Below, piece after piece: positions 52,472 through 64,000 of a stretch of 64,000 nucleotides of DNA. The notes below the pieces were generated by a model. The model searched no databases, was not told where the DNA came from, and saw only the letters and a program-made list of their open reading frames with translations. The stretch spans positions 186,001 through 250,000 of the forward strand of contig NIVC01001170.1 of assembly GCA_002269645.1 (NCBI GenBank). The letters are read 5' to 3'. The translations under genes and the position numbers were made by a program. Origin of the DNA: Macrostomum lignano. Lineage: Eukaryota. Positions within the stretch are counted from its first letter, which is position 1. Each line of letters starts with the position of its first letter.

Positions 52472-52744
52472 TGATTCGAGCGGTCCACAAATACTGACAT
52501 CAAGCCTTATGGCTCACATACTTTGCTGAATAATATTTGATCTACCATTTAATTCAATTTGGTGAATTCACGAAGTCCAGATAATTGTTTGTGCTTTTTC
52601 TTAATTAGCGACCAAATTTTGCATACATTTTTTACCGAATACAAACTGTGCAAATCTGCTTTAGAATGTTTCCAATTTGACAGACAAAGCAAAAAGGAAT
52701 TATTTGTGATTAAGGGGCCAACAAGCACCTCTGTGAATCTAAGA

Positions 52745-52980
52745 ATCATAGGGTGTCTGTCCTTGAGAATGGGAGCTTGGGTGTCTGTCCTTGAGAATGG
52801 GAGCTAGGGTGTCTGTCCTTGAGAATGGGAGCTAGGGTGTCTGTCCCTGAGAATGGGAGCTAGGGTGTCTGTCCTTGAGAATGGGAGCTTGGGTGTCTGT
52901 CCTTGAGAATGGGAGCTAGGGTGTCTGTCCGTGAGAATGGGAGAGTGTCCGTCCCTGAGAATGGGAGAGTGTCTGTCTGT
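52745..52980. repeat. 28-bp minisatellite
   Basis: GAGCTAGGGTGTCTGTCCTTGAGAATGG units. Confidence 0.9.
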
Positions 52981-53414
52981 CACCCTGCAAATCTCTTGGT
53001 CTTTCCGAATGATTCCAAAGTCATCCATATACTAAAAATGAAAATCTTGCTTGTATGTTTGTACGAAATCGATTTTCTCCTGAATGGCTTAACCGATTTT
53101 CATGAGACTTGCACTGTTCAATCAGAAACAGTGCTTAGAAGAAACAAAAGCGAAAATTGAAGAGCAAAATACTTGCTACGGTCAGTCATTACAGCTGTTT
53201 CTATTTTTACGTAGCTACGAGCGTACTTTATAACCCACGGAATTCCCGCGCTCACACATTGCAAAGTGCGCTGGTTTTTCCGAGGTGCAGCCGAAGACTC
53301 GCCATCGCTTCAGCATAAATAAATTCTGTTCGAAACTTTGAACTCTCATAAAAAAACTGAAGAATCATCTTCTTCAAGAAGCAGCAATTGTTGCAGCAAC
53401 TCAAATCGCTAGCA

Positions 53415-53737
53415 ATGTCCAGCCAGCAAGCCAGATCCGCCAGGCCAGTCGCCAAGGACCCGTTCAGGTTCTTCTACTACAAGGGCGAGAGCGAAGAGTC
53501 GAAGGCGATGCTACGCCGAATGGTCGGCGCCTCAGCCAGGGTTCTCGTGCAGCCCAGCATCAGCTGCGTCATCACCAATCCGGACCTGATGGAGCGGGTC
53601 AGAGGTGAGTGACTCACTGCTGCTTTGAGCATTTCTGCTTTTAGATTTCCTGTTTTTGGCTGCACCTGACTGAGACAATCTCACACCGCTGACTTGCAGA
53701 GTCTGACCAGAAGGGCAACGTCAGGTCGAGCGGCTGA
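53415..53737 (+). CDS. Unknown small-protein family, copy 5 (inverted, 75 aa)
   Basis: Exon 1 53415-53604, exon 2 53700-53737 (ESDQKGNVRSSG*). Confidence 0.75.
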
Positions 53738-54044
53738 GCGCCGGAGGACATCCCGGATATGATGTCATGCCTGTTTGTGCATAGATTTCAAATGACAATA
53801 GCTTACAATAGAAACGCATTGAGTCAAATAAATGCTTTCTCTGCTCAAGCTGAGCACTGCTCTGTACAGACTCGGACTCATCTCTGCTTATAAAATGTAT
53901 GAACAATAAATTCCTTGGCCTGAGTAACATTGCTTTTATTGCAGTATTGGATTTTTTCTAGTCTTCGAAAAAAAATTTGTTTTTTCTTGGCGACTGTAAC
54001 TACTTTCTAATAGTTTTAGCTTGTGGTGAAATAGCTAATTGGCG

Positions 54045-54640
54045 AAGTCACTGGCGCTGACTGTAGATTGAGATCGGAGTGACTGGCACTGACTGTAGAT
54101 TGAGATCGGAGTGACTGGCACTGACTATAGATTGAAATCGGAGTGATTGGAACTGACAATAGATTGAGATCGGAGTGACTTTCACTGACTGTAGATTGAG
54201 ATTGGAGTGACTTTCACCGACTGTAGATTGAGATTGGAGTGACTGGCACTGACTATAGATTGAGATTGGAGTGACTGGCACTGACTATAGATTGAGATTG
54301 GAGTGACATTCACTGACTGTAGATTGAGATTGGAGTGACTTTCACTGACTGTAGATTGAGATTGGAGTGACTTTCACCGACTGTAGATTGAGATCGGAGT
54401 GACTTTCACTGACTGTAGATTGAGATTGGAGTGACTGGCACTGACTATAGATTGAGATTGGAGTGACATTCACTGACTGTAGATTGAGATCGGAGTGACT
54501 GACATTGACTGTAGATTGAGATTGGAGTGAGTTTCACTGACTGTAGATTGAGATAGGAGTGACTGGCACTGACTATAGATTGAGATTGGAGTGACTGGCA
54601 CTGACTATAGATTGAGATCGAAGTGACCGGCACTGACTTA
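54045..54640. repeat. 32-bp minisatellite, reverse complement of 46175-46790
   Basis: Part of the inverted duplication. Confidence 0.95.
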
Positions 54641-55489
54641 TCACGTTAACGTAGTGCGTTACTGCTGGCTAGGTACACTAATACTTCATGCAATTATTAT
54701 TTTTTTGAAACGTTTCTTTGAAAAAATTAAACTGGCGAAACTCACTTAAGTCACGCCATATGGAGCTGGCAAATATTCTTTCTTCAATATACAGTGTAGT
54801 GTATTTTTAGCCCTAAACGGGTTTACATAAAATTTCCAGTAAATAAAAGACTAGTGTCGCCTCTTATTACTTTAGTCGTCCTCAATTACTACATTTACAC
54901 TTATCTGTAGTACGAACTTTATACGTTGCAGAAGAATTACGCTATTTCTGAAAAATTGCAGAAGATTCACGCAAACAGACGCTTGCGGGAGAAGCGACAC
55001 GAAGGAAAGCTACGTGGATCGGAGGAAGGCCACCACGGAAACGGAGCTGGATCGGAGGAAGGCCACCACGGAAACGGAGCTAATCACAGCTCGTCACAGC
55101 CATCATTCCCGCCTTATAAGGACCCAGTTCACCTCCTCCTCCATGCTGAAGTGCTGGCACCAGCTTGCAACAAGGACTTTTTGATGCGGGGAAGAGGAAG
55201 AGGTCGCATGGGCTGAGGTCCAGGAACTTTTGGCCGATATGGAGGAATTTCCAACCCCATGACTTGATGGCTGTGCCTTAAAAAACTGCCTGGCGAAATG
55301 AAGTCAGCCATGGGTACTGCAGGGAATTAATTCACTACATGTAAGTTCTGTTACACATTTTGTCACACAGTCAGCTAAGAATTTAAAACTTCATGCAGAT
55401 TTGCAGCCAATGAGTCGAGCTGTGCCATTTTAAATATTTGTTGGCCCAAGCCTTTTTTATTAATATTATTAATTAAAAAAATACTAATA

Positions 55490-55778
55490 GGGCAGATGTG
55501 CAACCGCAACAGCTCAGTCGTTGCGCGGCGCATCTGAAGGCTGCATACGGCTGTTCAGTCCAAGGACTGGGACTGGGGGTCGCCACACATACACACACCC
55601 TCAATTACCCCAGCTAATTCTCGCACCCATTTTACAGCAGGGTGAACTTAACCAATGCAGGGTTAATTAAAATGTCTTGCTCAAGGACACAAATTGTTCC
55701 TGTGGGATCGAGACGAACCACCGACCTTCTAGGTAATGCAGAGTCCGGCGCTCTAAAACCACTAGGCTATACGACCTG
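55490..55778 (-). mobile_element. tRNA-derived SINE, same family; its 3' part recurs at 63165-63265
   Basis: Head GCAGGTCGTATAGCCTAGTGG, an interrupted B box, CCTTGAGCAAGACA and CTGTAAAATGGG; clear similarity to 30960-31160. Confidence 0.75.
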
Positions 55779-55844
55779 CATAGAATGCCGTCATATTTGC
55801 GAAAGGCGGCTGCCCAAAACTTGTGTGTAATCTTTTACAGCCGC

Positions 55845-58498
55845 AGACGCAGAGTTGTTGCCATAGGTGCCAGTACGCACGGATGTTCTCTTGGAGGTTC
55901 GCCTTGCAGTTTGGAAAACCATCTAGGATTATCTTCTTAAGAAGCCGATATTCTGAATCACGGTTTGCTGCTTCGGAGATTTCTTTCTCCGACTGCGACA
56001 GAGCGTGCACTGAGCTGATAGCCTGCTCCCTGTTGTCGAATTCCAGGATCTGATCGCTCGCTTTAGGCTCCTCCACCGGCGCTCTGGACAGTGCGTCGGC
56101 GTATTCATTTAGCTTGCCCTTGATCCACCGAGCTGTGAAGCAGAATCGGTCGAGCTTTTGCCGCAGCCGCTGAATTCTCGGGTTGTCGACTTGGTCCAGG
56201 GTGTAATCGTTTAAAATGGGCTCCAATGGCTTGTGGTCGATCACTATTTCAAAGTGATGCAGTCCTTCTAGGAAGAGGTGGCACTTCTTAGCGGCCCAGG
56301 CAACAGCTAATAATTCCAATTCGATCATCGTGTACCTGCTTTCTGCAGCAGAGAGAAATCTTGATCCAGCTTGTACAGGCTTCCATGCGCCATCGCGCTG
56401 TCTCTGTTTTAGCAGGAAACCAAGACCTTTGAGTCTTGACGCATCTGTGTGTAGCGCCGTAGGTCTGCTTGAATCATAATACGCCAGTGTAGGAACAGCA
56501 GCTAATTCTTTCCTCATGGCAATGAATGCTCTGTGATGCTCTTCTTCCCAGACAAATTTATTCTTGCTCTTGAGTAGGTCGCGCAACGGTTGTGACTGCT
56601 CAGCAACTGCTTTGCTGAAGGATCCGATCTGGTTGATCAATCCAAACCAGGATCGCAGGTCTGTTAAGTTTCTTGGCGTCGGGAACTCTCGGATCGCATT
56701 TGATATCTCAGGATCGATAGAGTAGCCATCGTGATCGAGCCGGAATCCAGCGAATGTGATTGTAGGCTGCGCAACGATAAACTTATTGGGGTTCAGTGCA
56801 ATTCTGAACTTCTTGCATCTGTCTAAGAACTGTCTGACAGCTTCCATGTGCTTCCCTTTGTCCGAGTGAGCAATTAAAATGTCGTCCACTACATGGTAGG
56901 CGTTTTCCATACCTTCGAGAGCTTCATCGATTCTTCTGTTGTAGTGTTCGCAGATCGAGCTGATTCCGAATGGGGCGCGCTTGTACCTATATTTTCCGAA
57001 GGGTGTTATGAATGTAGTCAGGTTCTGTGATTCTTTTGCGAGTGGGATTTGATGGTAGCCTTTGAGAGCGTCAACCTTCGTAAATAATCTTGCTCCTGGT
57101 GGTAATCTCGAGACGATTTCAAGTGGTATACTGCTCATGTAGCGTTCACGCACCACGTATTTGTTGAGGTTCCTCAAATCGACGCATGAGTCGGATCTTT
57201 CCGTATTCCTTCTTATTTTGAACTGTAATTGGGGCGCACCACTCTGTCGGCTCGGTGATGCGTTCAATAATGTCCTGTTCCTCCAGTTCGTTCAACTCGG
57301 CCTTCAGCTTGTCCTTCAGGGGTTCAGCGATCTTTCTTGGACATGAGATGGCAAATGGTTCGTCATTGTCTTTAGTTTAATTTTGAATTCCTCTCAGGGC
57401 ATGTGCATCTCTTGACCTTTGAACAGCTCTGGGTATTCGGACATTAGTTGCTCGGCATCGGTGTGACTTGGTGTGCTGCCTCCGGTTATCTGGTGCATGT
57501 GCATATAGTGAGGGAATTCTTGTGGGATCAGCGCGAACTGCTTGCAAGTCTGTCGGGATAGAATTGCTTCAGAGATATTCTTCAGTAGAAGAATCTCCTT
57601 CTCTAGCACTTTGTCGCCCAGTTTCAGAAGTACTTTTGTAGTTCCCAAGTTCTCAATTGGTCTTCCATCGACTCATGTGGGTACTACCATAGAAATTGCC
57701 AGCTCTTTTGCTTTGATCTTCAGCTTTGGCAACTCGGCTGCTGGGATCGCGTCTATACTGGACCCAGTGTCCGGTCGCATCGGCATCCGACATGTGCCCT
57801 TTCCTGTTATCACTGTCACTTCAATCTTCTCAAGCGCATCGTTAACCGTTGAGATCACTGAGGCGATTGTGTTGCCTTGTGCTTGTGAGAAGTTCTTCGG
57901 CTTGCTCGTCCTTTCTGTCGTTGACTTGCAAATTTGCGCGAAGTGATTCTTCCTCCCGCACTTCTTGCACTCTTTGCCGAACGCTGGGCAATTCTGTCTG
58001 GTGGGAGCGTGCTGCTTCCCGCAAAATGAGCATTGTGTCACTCGTTGAGTTGATTTGCTGCGCTGCTCTCGTCGCGGACCTCGTCCCTGAACGCCGATTT
58101 GCCTCTCAGGGCATTCATTGCGGAGTGCTCTTCCGTGATGACGACACTCTTGTGCTTGACAGATTCGCAGATGCGCTTGGCTGTCTCCAGGGTCTGCCCG
58201 TTTCCTTCTTGATGAAGCTTCTCGACGACGCTGGTGTCGCGCGTGCCAGTGACGATCCTGTCTCGAAGCATGAATTTCGCGCAGTTGTCGCAACATCTGC
58301 CGAAGTTGCACTTGGTGGCCAATTCTTTCAGGCAGACGAACCAGTCTGAGAAACACTCATCTGGGCGTTGGCTTCTTAGCCAGAATTATCTTCTCTCATA
58401 AGGTTCGTTGATCTCACCGACTATGAAAGCCTTCAGAGCTTCCAAAATCTTATCCGCGTCAGACTTGTCTTCGTCCTTTAAGCTTGGCAGGTTGAAAT
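55845..58498 (-). mobile_element. Degenerate Ty3/Gypsy (Mag-like) gag-pol fragment, truncated at both ends
   Basis: Gag with a stop codon and a double Cys-His motif (CSFCGKQH..NC, CKKCGRKNHFAQIC). Protease PDTGS. RT KVDALKGYHQI, PFGISS, VVDDILI. RNase H LHTDAS, ELELLAV, DHKPL, ADALSR. Frameshifts (e.g. ~57188). Ends before the integrase; no LTR pair found. Confidence 0.92.
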
Positions 58499-61091
58499 TT
58501 CATAAATTTTTATGAAAAAGTTATGGGGATTATTCCTGAAGATTTAACTATAAAAGATAAAGATATGAGTGACTGTTTCGATTGCATGTGAGGTGGGGGT
58601 GGAGAAGAATTTTTTCTTGGAACTGTTGCTTTTGAAAATTTGCTGGCACCAGTGAGGTGGGGCGGGTTCCTCGTTTGAATAGCCGCTGGCGTTGAGTTCG
58701 CACGAATAAAGCCGGAAAAATCGCGCAGGTGAATCTCAACGAATTTCTTCTCCTTTTACTCCGACAGCCGGGGTCCTCAAATTCCGGGGGGAGGGTAGTT
58801 GTAATCGTAGCGGAGCGGTCGTAGAGCGGCACGGTCGTTCAGTTGTAGAAGCACAGGAGATTCTGACTCCGTAAATTAATGCGTCGATGAGTTGAACTTG
58901 TTACTTTTAGTAGGGTAGTTGCTGCCACCACCGTAATTTACGTATTACGGAGCGTCTAATGGTCTCAAAGCTTTCTGTGAGATGAGACTTCGGTTATTTT
59001 ACGCCCCACGAACAAAGGATTCAAGATAGGCTATGGCTTAAATCAACGGATAAAGAGTAGTTAATATTTAATTCGTCGGCGTTATTTGTTTATTGATTAT
59101 AATTCATTAAAACGTTTTGTTAGCAGGCGTTGGAAATTTATTTTGTTGCGAACGAGAAAAAGGGGGCCGGCGACGACGGATGCCGAGACAGCGCAAGTTA
59201 ACTAAAACTAAACAAGGAGAGAGAGAGCGAAGGAAGGGGAGGACAAAAACATCGCGGCAGAAACCGAAACTTAAATAAGAAAAGATATTAAATCCCAGGG
59301 CGGGGGTTGGGACGGATGACTGGACAACAGGGTGGGCAAGCCCGTGGGCAACCTGATGGACAAAAAAATCACAACGCATAAGGTAGCAAAATTTGGGAAA
59401 TATCAACAAAAGACAAAAACAATCCAACGGCGGGGCAAACCGGAGGGACAACAATAGGAGAACACAAAACAACACCGGGAAAAAAGGAGACACAACCGTT
59501 AGAAAAGTTACAAGGAAAAATTCCGGGAATTGGGAGTCAAATTAAATTAAAAACTATTATTATTATTATTAGACGTATTACAGTTTTAGTGGCAACCCGC
59601 CTGCCACACATGCCCCGATAACTTGACAAGTGTCAAGCCTAAATCCGAAGAATATCTGATTGTAAACAAAATATCCAATGAATATAGTTAATATATGATT
59701 AAGGTAAACTTTTAGTTTGTTAATAAGTAATATAAATATACAAAGATTATATTGTTAAACAGAAACGTTTTTTTCTTTTTGACACAAGTACAGTTAGCAA
59801 ATTTTTAACTTAGGGACTTAAAATAAAGTGCATGAGCGCTTTTGCTGAAATGACCTTGTTCATCGTATAACTATCTCTTAATAAATGATAAAATTATATA
59901 ATATTATTATTATGTCGCGCCTAGAAATAAATTCTGTTGTTTCATAATTTGTTACCTAATGATTAACTTGGAGAGACTCTAAAAAATAACTGAGAGTTTC
60001 CTTCATTTTTAGCAACATTTTCCTTGTTGAAATTTCATAATTTCAGTTACACTGTATATAATTTTACACTATTTTTTTTGCTAAAAGAATTGCTAAAGAA
60101 TTAAAAATTTTTATTCAGGCATGTCTCTACTCAGTATTGTTGACTTAGGCTGGTCGCTGACTCACACTTGCTGGTGTAGAATCAAAATGAAACTATTTGA
60201 GTAACAATAAGTAGGCCTAAACTAATACTAGATACATAATACATTAGCATTAGGATCCAATGTTAGATCTTTATTATTAATATTAGTATGCCCTGTTCTA
60301 GGTCTCTATAAATACCAAAATATATTTAAGCTTATTTCAGAAGTATATAGAGCCTAAGAAAATAGCTTGAAATGATTAAAAATATATATTGTACTTATGC
60401 TACTAGGTTTTTAGCATTCCCTTTTATATATAAATTTTATATTGAATATACATATATTATATACAAAGTTCTACAAATAACTGGCTCCAAAAACTATTTA
60501 AACAAAGAAAAGTTTTCACAAAATAATTTTATATTGCTATTATTACTTGTTTTTATTTGATAACTTCTTTTTAAATTAAGTAGCATAAAGGGCCAACTAT
60601 TTGACATGTTTTTCTAATTTCATCAAGTTCAACTTTATATATAAAAATTGGTCGTCTTTATCATGTATATTTCACATCCTCTAGAACATCTAAAAGTAAA
60701 ATTTTTCCATTGAACAAAACTACAAAAAATAAAATAAAATAAAATATGACTTCATAGATTTCTACCAAAATTGTCTTTTATTTCATTAACAATATATTTT
60801 ATTATTTTAAAAAACCTTTTATTCCAAATAGAATAATAGTCTTTTTTATTATGGTAAAAATTATTTTATCCCTTAGCATAACTATGACACAAAACACCTA
60901 GATAAAGATATCAATATGCCATGCTCTTTAATATGATTAGAAATAGTCTTAATTTTTCATCAAGAATATGACTTTGTAGACCATGGAAGTAAAACTCTTA
61001 AAATTAACTATATGGTGATTGTTCTAGCTAAATTTATATGTAGTAATGTTTTGTTTTCTACATTTTTAAGTAGATCTTTAACTTTAACTGC

Positions 61092-62281
61092 ATGCTGGGA
61101 CTTGCTGCCGCCACGCTAGGCCACACTGGCCCCACCCTAGTTGCCATGGCAACAGCCATAACTCTACTATGTGGCATCCCCGCTGTTCAACACATTGCCA
61201 CTCGCCATTTATTCATCAAAACCGAAGTTGACTTTGCCACTTGTGCTGGGTGCGAGTGCTGGGACACGATCAGCGTGGGATCGAGAGAGACGCCTGGACA
61301 CCATGCCTATCACAGCGTTTACTGGAATAGCAATGGGTGCACATTGGCCATGTACTGCCTCACTGTGCTGCAGGTGTGCAATCTTATAGTGCTTGTGTAT
61401 TTTATGAATAAAAAGGGCTTTTGTGAATCGATAAATCTCCCATAAAGGGGAATTTATGAATCGTTAAATCTCCCATAAAGGGGATATTGTGAATCGCTAT
61501 ATCTCCCATAAAAGAGATAATTGTGAATCACCAAGTGTCACATACAACAAGTTTCAACATAGAACGGATAGGTTAAGAATCAGCGAGTGTTTTCTGATTG
61601 CACTGCTAGTTTATGATGAAGTGTTTGAATTTGAAGCCACTCCAAGGTCACCCTTGTTGTAATCAAAGCATAATTTAATGATGAAAATCATCATCACAGG
61701 CGCTGCTATGTTACAAAGCTGTCGAGAGCCTCACCTGCATTGTCATGCGCCACGGCCTCAGTAAACTTCGTCCAGCTTTCGTCTGCCTAACTTTGCTCAA
61801 CATCTATCCCAACTATTACTCCTGGTGGAGCTATTTAATGTACCTGAACGAGAAGACGCCAATGTACAGTCTTATTAGGCATCATATGTACTTTTACGCT
61901 AGCGAGCTAATCGTTGCCGCGCTAGTATTGCACCTGTGCAATATCGAATCGGCTATCAATCGAGTCAAGTTGTCAATTGTGTTCTGCTTAGCGGCGTCGC
62001 ACCTGGTCAGCGGATTCGCTGATCACTACCTGTTCGACCCGGCATCTGCGGCTGTGCGAGCCAGTAGGCTGGCTTCTTTCATGCACCACTCGAGAAATGC
62101 CGGCCTCATGCTGCCAGACTTGGCTCACGTATTGGTTTCTGGACGATATCTGCAGCCAATGCTGGCCAAAGCCAACACAGTTGAAGGCTTGCAGCTCGAG
62201 TCGCCTTGGAGCTGCTGGTGGCGGTGGGCCATACTATTGGCCGTCTCAATGCTGCTGTTTTGTGTCAGCCAGGCGCTGTAA
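61092..62281 (+). CDS. Uncharacterised multipass membrane protein (resembles an invertebrate family with CxCxCWD and YPxYYSWW motifs)
   Basis: Exon 61092-61373 (CAGCECWDTISVG..YHSVYWN) splices in phase 0 (CAG|gt...cacag|GCG) to 61700-62281 (IYPNYYSWWSYLMYLNE, several hydrophobic helices). The family resemblance is from memory only. Confidence 0.72.
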
Positions 62282-62460
62282 AGATTGTGCTCAAATAATT
62301 TCCTACTTCATGATAATTCTAGTGATTCTGTATCAAAATACGCGTATTGTTTGAAGGAACCACTCGGCATGCCATCCAGATCTTTCACTGGAGGGGTGCG
62401 CTTTGTTTATTTGATTTGCCGTTTCATTTGAAGGGTTGCCCGGGTCAGGAGCACCACTGC

Positions 62461-62686
62461 GGGGGCGTCGCCATGGATTTTTGGCCGAAAATTTCTGCAT
62501 GACTTAAATTCCTACATTGATTTGGGAATCAGTGTTTCTAGCACCTTTTTTAGCGCCGCAGGCCTCCATTCGGGCGCCGAAGGCGCTATATTGTGGCGCC
62601 ACGAAGCAAAATTATTGATTTCCATAACGGATCACAAGGTGGGGTGGGGGGATGCCGCCCTGTTTACCCCCGTGGCGACGCCCCTG
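62461..62686. mobile_element. MITE-like element, TIR GGGGCGTCGCCA
   Basis: GGGGCGTCGCCA at ~62462-73 and TGGCGACGCCCC at 62673-84. Confidence 0.55.
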
Positions 62687-64000
62687 AGCATCAGCACCAT
62701 CGGCAGCAACCCTAGGGACGCTAAAGCTGTACTTAAGGGGGCACAAAATAACTTTTGCTTGTTTATTTGAAGTTCTGTTTATATTGAGAGCTTGGTGAAT
62801 GTTAATATTGGAAACAACTTGATATGTAGCCTGAAAGAAGTCTTATTATATTTACCTTTTAATAGTTTAATTAAGCTTTTAATCATATTTGTTTTATCGT
62901 GACAACACGTTTAGAAAATATGAAGGCCACCACGGAAACGGAGCTGGATCGGAGGAAGGCCACCACGGAAACGGAGCTGGATCGGAGGAAGGCCACCACG
63001 GAAACGGAGCTAATCACAGCTCGTCACAGCCATCATTCCCGCCTTATAAGGACCCAGTTCACCTCCTCCTCCATGCTGAAGTGCTGGCACCAGCTTGCAA
63101 CAAGGACTTTTTGATGCGGGGAAGAGGAAGAGGTCGCATGGGCTGAGGTCCAGGGACTTTTGGCCGATACTAATAGGGAGATGTGCAACCGCAATAACAG
63201 CTCAGTCGTTGCGCGGCGCATCTGAAGGCTGCGTACGGCTGTTGAGTCCAAGGACTGGGACTGGGCAGCCAAAACCTGTGTGTAATCTGGCTGCCCATAT
63301 TTGTTCTACTTAGCCTAGGCGCAAGGTGTAACAGATTTTCGGCCCCACCCTGTATGCTCTCCAATGTTTTCAAAAAAGAACAGACAGTGCATGGAAGCGC
63401 AAACTTCAAAATCCAATACATGTTACACAGCTACAAATGCCCACTATATTATAAAATGAATCCTAATTTTCTAAACCAAAAACTCTATGAAAATCGATAA
63501 AGCTGTAAGAAAGGCAAAATAATACATGCATGTACGGCACATACTCCTGTCAAAAGCAATAACAATTTTTGTGCTAAAAAAATCCCTATTCTCCTTAATA
63601 TACCTTTCCGTAAAACCTGTCCCCTCATTTTTTTCCAAGAAACGTATCGTACTTGTTCTTGAAATTTACGTGTAAATTGTACATGCATGTACACTGTTTA
63701 AATAAATGGACGATGCATGCGTGGACGTGCACATGCGCATGGACGTGATGCATGCGTAGTGTGCACATTTCTTTCCTGAACTTTAATTGACGATTTGATA
63801 AACGTACTTCATATACAGAAAATGTACATAGCAAATTATCGGGACCACTTGTTTCTTGCTGCTGTCGACGCAGTACCACCAAGTGTAAATTTAATTAACT
63901 GCAATACTTGCAGTGTGTCATGCTGTACGCTCATTATTCCACGCTTAGGAATCATTATTTTAGGCTTCTAAAAATACATTCATGAGACAATGTGTTTGTG

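Noticed and set aside
58921-59512. PBS-like TGGTGGCAGC (minus, 58930-21) and an LTR-like TG..CA block at 59118-59512
   Set aside because: The PBS-like motif is ~190 bp from the putative LTR end, there is no TSD and no second LTR; support is insufficient.
55005-63288. Direct repeats at 55.0 and 62.9 kb as the LTR pair of the Gypsy element
   Set aside because: There are no TG..CA ends, no adjacent PBS or PPT and no TSD; the repeat contains a SINE and pol is cut before the integrase.

Overview
Eukaryotic (metazoan) genomic DNA, not prokaryotic. It has spliced GC-rich coding exons, AT-rich spacers, and a different mini- or microsatellite in almost every intron. This style resembles a free-living flatworm such as Macrostomum (inference, not checked). 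Hand-built gene models: an ankyrin-repeat TRP channel (minus, ~8.4 kb to 614), a complete ATP11-like P4-ATPase (minus, 29890 to 12051), an IPMK-like inositol kinase (plus, 35843-37958) and an uncharacterised multipass membrane protein (plus, 61092-62281). Mobile DNA includes a near-intact LOA/R1-type non-LTR retrotransposon inserted in a minisatellite inside a P4-ATPase intron, with a predicted HDV-like ribozyme in its 5' UTR. There is also a truncated Mag-type Gypsy fragment, tRNA-derived SINEs and several MITE-like inverted repeats. The most novel-looking feature is a 40-54 kb cluster of six two-exon genes for a 75-90 aa protein family I cannot assign (core DPFxxFYxxGESEESKxxLRR...LVQP...TNPxL). 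The cluster has homogenised exons, mosaic flanks, an inverted duplication, and six perfect MEF2-consensus sites (CTAAAAATAG), several near E-boxes, suggesting a muscle-regulated microprotein array. All exon boundaries and counts were read by eye and need computational and RNA-seq confirmation.
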